A DNA stretch of 64,000 nt from Gemmatimonadota bacterium (GTDB taxonomy: Bacteria; Gemmatimonadota; Gemmatimonadetes; Gemmatimonadales; GWC2-71-9), in the NCBI GenBank assembly GCA_039588295.1, contig JBDHAB010000008.1:36396-100395 (forward strand). Direction: 5' to 3'. Position 1 is the stretch's first letter. Every line of letters begins with the position of its first letter. The translations under genes were made by a program, and so were the position numbers. Positions 1-8,004 of the stretch are shown in pieces. The notes beneath the pieces were generated by a model. It was not told where the DNA came from and did no database searches. It was given only the letters and a program-made list of their open reading frames with translations.

Positions 1-335
1 ATGAAGCCCCCACCACCGAGATTCCCGGCGGAGGGGTGCACCACGGCCAAGGCAAAGCCGACGGCGACGGCGGCATCAACCGCATTGCCGCCCTTACGGA
101 GGATCGCGGCACCGACCTCACTTGCTCGAGGGTGCGCCGACGACACCATCGCCCGCGGCGCGACGACCGGGGTGGTTTCCGCGAACAGCGGCCAGGTCGG
201 GGGAATGAGCCCGAACGGACCGCCGGCCGGATTCGGCGCCGCAGCCGGTGCGCCGGTTCCCGCACAACCCGCGAGCAGCATGGCCAGTGACGTGCTGGCC
301 GGGCCGATCCACCCTCCCCAATGGCGACGCCTCAT
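1..335 (-). CDS. ggt: Gamma-glutamyltransferase, N-terminal part (runs off window), lipoprotein signal
   Basis: Not in ORF track. Manual translation from ATG 335: MRRRHWGG..LLAGC..MVSSAHPRASEVGAAILRKGGNAVDAAVAVGFALAVVHPSAGNLGGGGF, the GGT N-terminal signature; GAGGAG RBS upstream. Confidence 0.92.
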   Translation of the reverse strand, partial: MRRRHWGGWIGPASTSLAMLLAGCAGTGAPAAAPNPAGGPFGLIPPTWPLFAETTPVVAPRAMVSSAHPRASEVGAAILRKGGNAVDAAVAVGFALAVVHPSAGNLGGGGF

Positions 336-410
336 GGTGCTCCTCGTTGACCGGAGTCGTATTCTAGTGGAAGATTCACTGCCAAATCTATCACGGACAC
401 GGCGTCGTCG

Positions 411-1334
411 ATGCCAGCACCCGATTTCATCGATTCCCGGCTCACGGAGCGGCGCAACCCGCGCACCGCGAATATCGACGTGGCATCGTCGCTCGAGATC
501 GTCGATCTGCTGAACGCCGAGGACCGGCTGGTTCCGGAGGCCATGTCCGCGGTGCGGCATGACATTGCCGCTGCCATCGACCTCGTGGTCGCGACGTTCC
601 GTCGGGCAGGCAGGCTTGTGTACGTCGGCGCGGGGACGAGCGGTCGGCTTGGCGTCCTGGATGCGGCAGAATGCCCGCCGACATTCGGGACCCGACCGGA
701 GATGGTCGTCGGCGTGATCGCCGGCGGACCCGACGCGCTTGTGCGAAGTCAGGAAGGGGCCGAGGACGATCGCGGTGCCGCCCGCGACGCGATGGGCAAC
801 GTGGCGGTCACCTCGCGGGACATCGTACTCGGTGTTGCCGCAAGCGGGACCACCCCGTATGTCCACGCGGCGCTCGAGTACGCGCGACAGGTCGGGGCGC
901 AGACCGTGCTCGTCACGTGTACCGACCCGCCCCAGGGGCTCGCGCAGATGTGTGACGCCGTGATCGTGCTGCGCGTCGGACCCGAAGCGCTGACTGGATC
1001 GACGCGTCTCAAGGCCGGCACCGCGACCAAACTCACGTTGAACGCGATCACCACGGGCGCCATGATTCGGCTCGGCAAGGCCTACGGGAATCTGATGGTG
1101 GATCTCATGGCCTGGAGCGACAAGCTTCGCGACCGGGGTGAGCGGATCGTGATGGAGACATGTGGGGTGACTCGCGAGCGCGCCAGAGCGGCGATCGACG
1201 CGGCCGCTGGATCCGTGAAACTCGCGATCGTCATGGTACGCTGCGCCGTGGAAGCCGCCGAAGCGCGACGACTCCTCGACCAGGCGGATGGCGTGATCCG
1301 GTCGGCGGTTGGCGATCCACCACCGGTGCCGTGA
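411..1334 (+). CDS. murQ: N-acetylmuramic acid 6-phosphate etherase
   Basis: TERRNP, GAGTSGRLGVLDAAECPPTFG, EGAED, GSTRLKAGTATK motifs. Confidence 0.96.
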   Translation: MPAPDFIDSRLTERRNPRTANIDVASSLEIVDLLNAEDRLVPEAMSAVRHDIAAAIDLVVATFRRAGRLVYVGAGTSGRLGVLDAAECPPTFGTRPEMVVGVIAGGPDALVRSQEGAEDDRGAARDAMGNVAVTSRDIVLGVAASGTTPYVHAALEYARQVGAQTVLVTCTDPPQGLAQMCDAVIVLRVGPEALTGSTRLKAGTATKLTLNAITTGAMIRLGKAYGNLMVDLMAWSDKLRDRGERIVMETCGVTRERARAAIDAAAGSVKLAIVMVRCAVEAAEARRLLDQADGVIRSAVGDPPPVP

Positions 1335-2452
1335 GCGAGCTGGTGCTGGGACTGATGTCGGGAACGTCGATCGACGGTGTGGATGCGGCGCTCGTCGAGA
1401 TCGAGGGTCCGTCCACCGTCCGCCTCGTTGCCTGGGAAACACGGCCCTACGAACCGACCGAGCGCGCCGCAATTCTCCAGGTGATCACGAACGGCTCGGT
1501 GCGTGACGTCGCCCTGTTGCACCGGCAGCTGGGCAACTGGCTCGCCGAGGCCGGCAGCGCCCTGCTGAAACGCACGCGGCACTCCGCGACGAGCCTCGCC
1601 TGTGTCGCGTCCCATGGCCAGACGGTCTGGCACGAGCCGGGACAAGCCACGCTTCAGCTCGGTTGTCCCGCAACACTGGCAGAGCGCCTTGGGGTGCAGG
1701 TGGTGAGTGACTTCCGGAGCCGCGACGTCGCGGGAGGTGGGCAGGGGGCACCCCTGGTACCGGTCGCGGACGCCATGCTGTTTGGCCACCCGACCCGCGG
1801 TCGCGCGTTGCTCAATATCGGTGGGATAGCCAACGTCACGTGGGTTCCCAAGCGTGGCGCGCTCGACGGCGTCATGGCGTTTGACACGGGGCCGGGGGTG
1901 GCCGTGATCGACGCCGTGGCGCGCTTGGCTGATTCGACCCAGCCGTACGATCGCGACGGCGCGCGCGCGGCGCGCGGGAGCGCCGTCGCGGCGGTGGTCG
2001 ACGAGCTGATCGCGCATCCGTACTTCGCGGCATCGCCGCCGAAGAGTACTGGCCGCGAGGCTTTCGGCGGCGACGTTGCCCTGCGGCTCGTCGCACTGGT
2101 TCGGTCACATCGATCCGAGGCGAGCGACGACGACTGTGTGGCAACGGCCGTGGAGCTCACGGCCCGGTCGATCGCGAGCGCGTTCGCGCGGTGGCTCCCG
2201 GGCGACCCAACGCGCGACCTGGTTGTCTCGGGCGGCGGAGCGCGCAACCCCACCCTGCTGGCCCGTGTTCGGACGCTGCTCCCCGATTGGCCCGTTCGGC
2301 TGTTCGATGAGGAGTTTTTCGATGGCGACGCCAAGGAGGCGGTTGCCTTCGCCTACCTGGGCTGGCGGACGCTCCACGGATTGGCGGGTAACGTGCCGAC
2401 AGCGACGGGTGCGGTGGGGCCGCGGGTGCTCGGAAGCATCACGCCGGGATAG
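1331..2452 (+). CDS. anmK: Anhydro-N-acetylmuramic acid kinase
   Basis: GLMSGTSIDGVD, SHGQTVWH, DFRSRDVAGGGQGAPL, NIGGIAN, PKSTGRE, KEA; GTGA overlap with murQ. Confidence 0.95.
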   Translation: MSELVLGLMSGTSIDGVDAALVEIEGPSTVRLVAWETRPYEPTERAAILQVITNGSVRDVALLHRQLGNWLAEAGSALLKRTRHSATSLACVASHGQTVWHEPGQATLQLGCPATLAERLGVQVVSDFRSRDVAGGGQGAPLVPVADAMLFGHPTRGRALLNIGGIANVTWVPKRGALDGVMAFDTGPGVAVIDAVARLADSTQPYDRDGARAARGSAVAAVVDELIAHPYFAASPPKSTGREAFGGDVALRLVALVRSHRSEASDDDCVATAVELTARSIASAFARWLPGDPTRDLVVSGGGARNPTLLARVRTLLPDWPVRLFDEEFFDGDAKEAVAFAYLGWRTLHGLAGNVPTATGAVGPRVLGSITPG

Positions 2453-2484
2453 CCCCAGGGATTAATCCGGCGAGAGGCGGCGCG

Positions 2485-3891
2485 TCACTCCAGGGTCTCG
2501 AGCAGCCTCGCGGCGTAGCTGGACGGTACGCCGTACACGATTCTCCCGCCCGCACCTGGTTGGCCTCCGAACAGCACGGCAATCACGTCCCCGTTGCGAT
2601 CGAAGATCGGGCTGCCGCTCGCCCCCGCCGTACCGTACCCGTCGATCTGCACGACGTCGTTCAGCACCTTGCTGACCGATCCGGCGAAGAGGCTGCTACG
2701 GGCCACTGCGCCGGCCATGGGGAGCTCGGTGCCGAGCGGGAAACCGATCAACGCGACCGGGTCGCCTTGGCGCAGCGTGTCGGGTCGGAGATTCAATGCT
2801 TGCACCGTGGGCACGCCGCCGCGGATATCGACTTTCACGGCAGCCAGGTCCGCATCGGGTGAGACACCGAGCACGCGTCCGCGCCACGTCTGCTCGGAGT
2901 CGGCAAAGCGAACGGCGATCTCGATCGGCTGCCGTGTGCCGTCCTCACCCGCGACGACATGCCGATTCGTGAGCAGCACGCCATCGGATCGCACCGCGAA
3001 CGCGGTGCCCGTGAAAATCTCTCGCGGGCCGAATCTGACCCAAATCAGCGCCACCGCTTGTTGATTGCGATCGGCGATACCAACAAAATCGACGTGCGCG
3101 GCGATCTGCTGGTACTGAAGGTGTCGGCTCGCGTCCGCCAGTTCTCGGGAGAGCGCCGCGACCCGATCGCTGCTCCCCGCCTGTTGTGCCGCCGTGAGGT
3201 CGCGCTGCAGGCGGGTAACTTCGGTCTGGGATGCCCGCAGCCGGGACGCGAGTCCTTGCACCTGACCGCGGAGCGCCGCCACGGCCTCCTCCGAGGCGCG
3301 CATGATGCTGTCGGTGCGCGCCTGTAGCGCCGCAACCTCGGCCGCGCGCCGTTGCGTTTGGGCCCGGGAAAACACGACCACGGACCCGACCACGATCACG
3401 AACGCGGCAAACAGCGCCCCGACCACGATGCGCAGCCTCCGTGTCTGGCGGCCGACCTCGACGCGAATCCGCTGCGTCGTGCTTTCCCGCGGCTGTTCAC
3501 CTTCGCTCGTTGCGCGGATCAGGCGTGGTTCCGCCGACGGGGCTGCGGCCGCCGGTGAGATGATCCCGTCTGCGGTGCCATCCGCGACGCACCGGAACTC
3601 CAGTTTCGGTCCACCCTCGCCAAACTGGATCTGGTCGGTATCGTCGAGCTGGGTATCCGTGTGGATGCGGTGTCCGTTCACAAACGTGCCGTTACGGCTC
3701 TCCGTATCCTGCACCCACCACGACCCGGCTTTGTGGAAGAGCACAGCGTGGTGCGCGGAGACTTCCAAGTCTCCCTCGGGGTCGAATCGGAGATCCGACG
3801 ATGCGTGACGACCGATGTGAATGCGGGGTTTCGAGAAGACCTCGGTGTGGCCGGTCCGTGCCCCCGAAAGGATGTGGAGCTGAGGCTTCAC
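2485..3891 (-). CDS. FHA domain - TM - coiled coil - trypsin-like serine protease (no PDZ)
   Basis: FHA (IGRH, VSAHH, SRNGTFVN); TM IVVGALFAAFVIVVGSVVVF; triad TNRHVV / DLAAVK / GASGSP. Confidence 0.88.
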   Translation of the reverse strand: MKPQLHILSGARTGHTEVFSKPRIHIGRHASSDLRFDPEGDLEVSAHHAVLFHKAGSWWVQDTESRNGTFVNGHRIHTDTQLDDTDQIQFGEGGPKLEFRCVADGTADGIISPAAAAPSAEPRLIRATSEGEQPRESTTQRIRVEVGRQTRRLRIVVGALFAAFVIVVGSVVVFSRAQTQRRAAEVAALQARTDSIMRASEEAVAALRGQVQGLASRLRASQTEVTRLQRDLTAAQQAGSSDRVAALSRELADASRHLQYQQIAAHVDFVGIADRNQQAVALIWVRFGPREIFTGTAFAVRSDGVLLTNRHVVAGEDGTRQPIEIAVRFADSEQTWRGRVLGVSPDADLAAVKVDIRGGVPTVQALNLRPDTLRQGDPVALIGFPLGTELPMAGAVARSSLFAGSVSKVLNDVVQIDGYGTAGASGSPIFDRNGDVIAVLFGGQPGAGGRIVYGVPSSYAARLLETLE

Positions 3892-3901
3892 GCGCGTCGC
3901 G

Positions 3902-4936
3902 TCAGAAGCCGCTCACCGCGAAGAGCAGAGCGGCGGCACTGATGCCCGCGGCCAGCGCGCCCGCGAGGATCAGCTGGACCCTGTTCTGCGGCGTCGGCGG
4001 AGGACTGCCTCGGTAGACGGGCACCGGCTCGGTGGTCGATTCCGGGTCGAGCAGCGGGTAGACCTGATGGCCGATCTCCTCGGTGCCGACCGGATCCTTG
4101 AGCGTGCTGCCGTCGAACCGGGCGATCACGACCGTGATGTTGTCGGGTCCGCCCCGCTCGTTGGCCAAATCGATGAGTTCCGAGCAGATCCCGACGAGAT
4201 CCTTGCCCTGCTGCGACACGGCCTTCGCAATCTCCTCGCGGGTGACCTGGCCTGACAGCCCGTCAGAACAGACAACGACCGTGTCCCCCTTGCACAGTTG
4301 CTGGTTCGTGAGGTCGACCCGCACCTTCGCGTCGGGCCCGAGCGCCTGGAGAATGATGTTGCGCCGCTCGCTGCGTTCCGCCTCCTCTTCGCTGATCTCG
4401 CCCGCGTCGACCAGACGCTGCATCAGCGACTGATCCTTCGTGAGCTGAATGCCTTCGCCGGCGCGGACCAAATAGGCGCGGGAGTCACCGACCTGCGTGA
4501 GATACAGGTAATCCCCGAGCACGCCCACGGCGGTGGTCGTGGTTCCCATGCCACGCATCTCCGGATGCGCCTTGGCGTAGGCATGGATCTGGTCGTTGGT
4601 GACCTCGACCGCCTCCTTGAGACGGTAGGCAAACTGCTGAGGGGTCGTTTCTTGGTCCGGGATCCAAAGCTCGACCATGTGGTTGTAGATGATCTCCGTG
4701 GCCATCTGGCTGGCAACCTCGCCAGCGGCTGCCCCACCCATGCCGTCCGCGACCACCAGGAGCGAGCCCTTGGGGCCCACCTCGTGCTCCCGTACGGCCG
4801 GCTGGAGCGACGCCTCCTTCGCCGTGAGGTTCGCGACCAGGAAGGTGTCTTCGTTGTGCTCGCGCGTGCGACCAACGTCGGTCTTGCCGAACACGGTCAC
4901 GCGAATGCCGGAGTCCTTCGAGCCGAAGAGTTTCAC
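3902..4936 (-). CDS. PP2C/Stp1-type Ser/Thr phosphatase with C-terminal membrane anchor
   Basis: DVGRTREHNED, VADGMGG, MGTT, VGDSR, CSDGL, DNIT; hydrophobic tail. Confidence 0.93.
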   Translation of the reverse strand: MKLFGSKDSGIRVTVFGKTDVGRTREHNEDTFLVANLTAKEASLQPAVREHEVGPKGSLLVVADGMGGAAAGEVASQMATEIIYNHMVELWIPDQETTPQQFAYRLKEAVEVTNDQIHAYAKAHPEMRGMGTTTTAVGVLGDYLYLTQVGDSRAYLVRAGEGIQLTKDQSLMQRLVDAGEISEEEAERSERRNIILQALGPDAKVRVDLTNQQLCKGDTVVVCSDGLSGQVTREEIAKAVSQQGKDLVGICSELIDLANERGGPDNITVVIARFDGSTLKDPVGTEEIGHQVYPLLDPESTTEPVPVYRGSPPPTPQNRVQLILAGALAAGISAAALLFAVSGF

Positions 4937-6603
4937 GGGCAGGCTAGGTTCCCCTTGGCGAATTCGTACGCGCCTCGGTACTTCGGATCACTGGGTGAGC
5001 GGTCGAGAGCGTTCCGATACCATCTGCACGCTTCCGCTGTTTGCTCTGCATTATTGTACCACGCCCCGAGGACTAGCGCTGCCTGGGCGCGCAAGGAATC
5101 GGGAACGGCGACACCATTGTAGATCGTCGTGGCGCTGTCGCGAACCGCGGCAGCGGTCGTCTGATCGATGATCACCCGCTCTTCAAATCCATCGAGCGCC
5201 TGGCGCAGCACGACGAAATCCGGCACGGCGGCCGTCGCGTTCGCCGGTGTGCCGCTTTCCTGTCCGCCGGGACCCTCGGCCCCACCCTCCGGCGATCCGC
5301 CTCCGGGATCCGTGTTGGCGTCACGGCCGCCGCCCTGGCGGGCCGTGTCTTCGGTGACGGGCGCGCCTACCACCCCGCTGTCACCGACGGTCTGCTCCGG
5401 CGGCCCGTCCCCACGGGTGAGCCAGACGGCCGATCCACCGCCGATCACTACGACCGCTGCCGCTGCCGCAATTGCGGCTGCGGGCCTGCGCTTCCGCGAA
5501 GCGACTGGGGACGGGATGGGGGCCGGCGTCGGAGGCGTCGTGGCGACCGGGGACTTTGACACGCGGGTCTTCGGGAGCCTGGCAGTGGTCGCGGACGCGG
5601 TCCCATCCATGAGCTGTGTTGCCGTCTCGATCCGCTTAGCCGAGGCGGTACTCGGCGCGCCTCCGACCGCGTCGAGGGCATCCCGGGCGAACGCGACGGC
5701 ACTGGTGTACCGGTCACCGGGCATTCGGGCGAGTGCCCGATCCATCACTTGCTGGAGCCGCGGCGGGTAGTCGGCGCCCGGATGCGCCTTGTTGAGCGGA
5801 ATTGGCTCGTCCGTGAGCCGCTTGATCATCAACTCTTGAGCGCTGTCCGCTGCGAACGGCAGCTCGCCCGACAGCATGCGGTAGAACACCAGCGCCAGCG
5901 AGTAGATGTCGCTTCGACCGTCGAGGACGTCGCCGGAGAGTTGCTCGGGGCTCATGTATTCGGGCGTCCCCACCACCAATCCAGTCTTGGTGACCTTTTG
6001 CCCTTCCTCGCCCGTCATCGCCTTCGCAATGCCGAAATCCACGACTTTGACGATGTCCGTGTCGTCCCGGGCCCGTGCCAGCATGATGTTGTCGGGTTTG
6101 AGGTCCCGGTGCACGATCCCGAGATCGTGCGCGGCTTGGAGGGCATCGGCCGTCTGCCGCAGGATCTGGGCCGCCCGAGGGGCCGAGACCCGGCCCTCGC
6201 GGCGGAGGACATCGCTCAAGCTGTCGCCCTCGATGAACTCCATCGCAAGGTAGATCAGCCCTTCCGCGGTCTCCCCGAAGTCATAGATGGCGCAGACGTT
6301 GGCATGATTGATTCGCGCCGCGTTGGCCGCCTCGCGATTGAACCGCGCGATGGCTTCCGCGTCGTTCGCCATCGATTCGGCCATGACCTTGATGGCGCTT
6401 CGACGACCCATCTTCACATGAGTGCCCAGGTACACGGCACCCATACCGCCTTCGCCCAGCTTCTCTTCGATGTGATAACGGTCAGCGACCACGCTGCCGA
6501 TCAGATCGGCTCCGCCCGTGGCGGCCCGAAGTGTGGTGCCGTCGTTCGGGCAGAACTTCGTGTCGTCGGACCATTGGGCGCCGCAGACCGTGCAGGTCTT
6601 CAC
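4933..6603 (-). CDS. Hanks-type Ser/Thr kinase: Zn ribbon - kinase - TM - TPR-like C-terminus
   Basis: GTG 6603 overlaps upstream stop; CTVC..FCPND, GEGGMGAVY, AIK, HRDLKPDN, DFG, GTPEYMSPEQ; TM; C-terminal helical repeat. Confidence 0.92.
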   Translation of the reverse strand: MKTCTVCGAQWSDDTKFCPNDGTTLRAATGGADLIGSVVADRYHIEEKLGEGGMGAVYLGTHVKMGRRSAIKVMAESMANDAEAIARFNREAANAARINHANVCAIYDFGETAEGLIYLAMEFIEGDSLSDVLRREGRVSAPRAAQILRQTADALQAAHDLGIVHRDLKPDNIMLARARDDTDIVKVVDFGIAKAMTGEEGQKVTKTGLVVGTPEYMSPEQLSGDVLDGRSDIYSLALVFYRMLSGELPFAADSAQELMIKRLTDEPIPLNKAHPGADYPPRLQQVMDRALARMPGDRYTSAVAFARDALDAVGGAPSTASAKRIETATQLMDGTASATTARLPKTRVSKSPVATTPPTPAPIPSPVASRKRRPAAAIAAAAAVVVIGGGSAVWLTRGDGPPEQTVGDSGVVGAPVTEDTARQGGGRDANTDPGGGSPEGGAEGPGGQESGTPANATAAVPDFVVLRQALDGFEERVIIDQTTAAAVRDSATTIYNGVAVPDSLRAQAALVLGAWYNNAEQTAEACRWYRNALDRSPSDPKYRGAYEFAKGNLACP

Positions 6604-7511
6604 GCCTTCTCCACGCGCAGCATCTTGTCGCCGACCAGCAACCGGAACCCCGGTTGGAGTTCTACGGTGCCGCGGAGGGACACTGCCACGCCGTTGCGGC
6701 TGCCGGCGTCGGCAATGACGAAGTCGGCGTCCTCGGACCGCACTTCGGCGTGCAACCCGCTCATCGACGGGTCGTACGCAAACGTGTAGTCGCCTTCCTC
6801 GCGGCCGAGACGGAGGTTCCGCCCCGGCGAAAGGTGGATCGAGTCGCGGACTGAGCTGTCTGCCCGGAGTTGGGAGAGACACGCGATGTCGGCGCTGGGA
6901 ACGAGGCTCCCCATGCGTCGGGTCGCATCGCGCTCTGGCGGATTGGGACCTGGGTAGCCGAGCCGCCGATACTCGAGGATCTGGGAGCCGATCAGTATCC
7001 GGTCACCGTCGACGAGCCGATGCGGTTCGCTGATGAACAGCCACGTCCCATTGCGGCTGCCGAGATCGCGAGCCGTGATGCGGCTTTCACGTACCGTGAG
7101 TTTGACGTGCAGCGGTGACATGAACACGTCGTCCGGAAATTCTAACTCCGCGCCCTCTCGTCCGACGGTCGTCTCCCCCTGTGGCAGCTCGAACCGGCCG
7201 ACGATGTTCGCTCCTTCGTCGAGCATCGCGAGGTGGTAGTCCGACGGAGCCTTTCCCGCCCTCACCGCCGATGCGCGAGGGGGCATCGACAGGTCCTGAC
7301 CGCACGCCGGACAGTACCGTGTCCCCTCGGGTGATCCGGTACCGCACCGCGGGCAAGCTGGTCCCTGCAGTTGTGTGCGGATCCGTTTTCCGCAAGACGG
7401 GCAGAATGGGAGACCGGCCACGACCGTTGCGCCGCACGCCGGGCAGTTGGCCATCCCTGCTGAGGGCCGAGGACCGGTCGAGGAAGCGTCAGGAGGCTTG
7501 AACACGCCCAT
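6600..7511 (-). CDS. Double Zn-ribbon plus tandem FHA domain protein (alternative start 7454)
   Basis: CPAC/CPSC/CPRC/CPAC; two FHA sets: VGR..SPLH..SRNGT and LGR..SGLH..SRNG. Confidence 0.87.
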   Translation of the reverse strand: MGVFKPPDASSTGPRPSAGMANCPACGATVVAGLPFCPSCGKRIRTQLQGPACPRCGTGSPEGTRYCPACGQDLSMPPRASAVRAGKAPSDYHLAMLDEGANIVGRFELPQGETTVGREGAELEFPDDVFMSPLHVKLTVRESRITARDLGSRNGTWLFISEPHRLVDGDRILIGSQILEYRRLGYPGPNPPERDATRRMGSLVPSADIACLSQLRADSSVRDSIHLSPGRNLRLGREEGDYTFAYDPSMSGLHAEVRSEDADFVIADAGSRNGVAVSLRGTVELQPGFRLLVGDKMLRVEKA

Positions 7512-8004
7512 TATCGAACCTGCCTGCGGTGGCCTGGTCGGCGCCGGTGACCCCTCCCGGTGCGGCGGGAGCGGTCACGGGAGGCTGGTTGACGGCCGCA
7601 GGGCCGTGGAGAGGCACGCCGGTCATGTTTCGGTGAGGTGTTGTGGTGGCAAGCCAATCTACATGTGCGAAAATGGCGGGTCAACTGTGACAAAGTGACG
7701 TACCTCGTTGAAATAACGTAGGTTCCGGCTTCGGGCGCGGGAGGTGTCGGCCCCCAAGCGAGGCGGGCCGGGCTACCGATTCGCTCCCGCGACGCCGCCC
7801 ACCGCGGGGCTGAACCGGAGGCCGTCAGGCCGCGCCCGCCCTGGTACATTCCGTACGTAGAAAGCCCTACGCCCACGCATCACATTGCGTGCCAGATGCC
7901 TCGTGATGCGGCCGGGGCGGTGCCGGCGAGCCAACGGGTCGGCCCGGCGCGTTCCTGGGGGTTCGGGGCCAGAACGGTGACCTGAGAATCGGGTATAACG
8001 AGGC

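Noticed and set aside
1..513. 170-aa plus-strand ORF
   Set aside because: Antisense shadow of ggt; also overlaps murQ.
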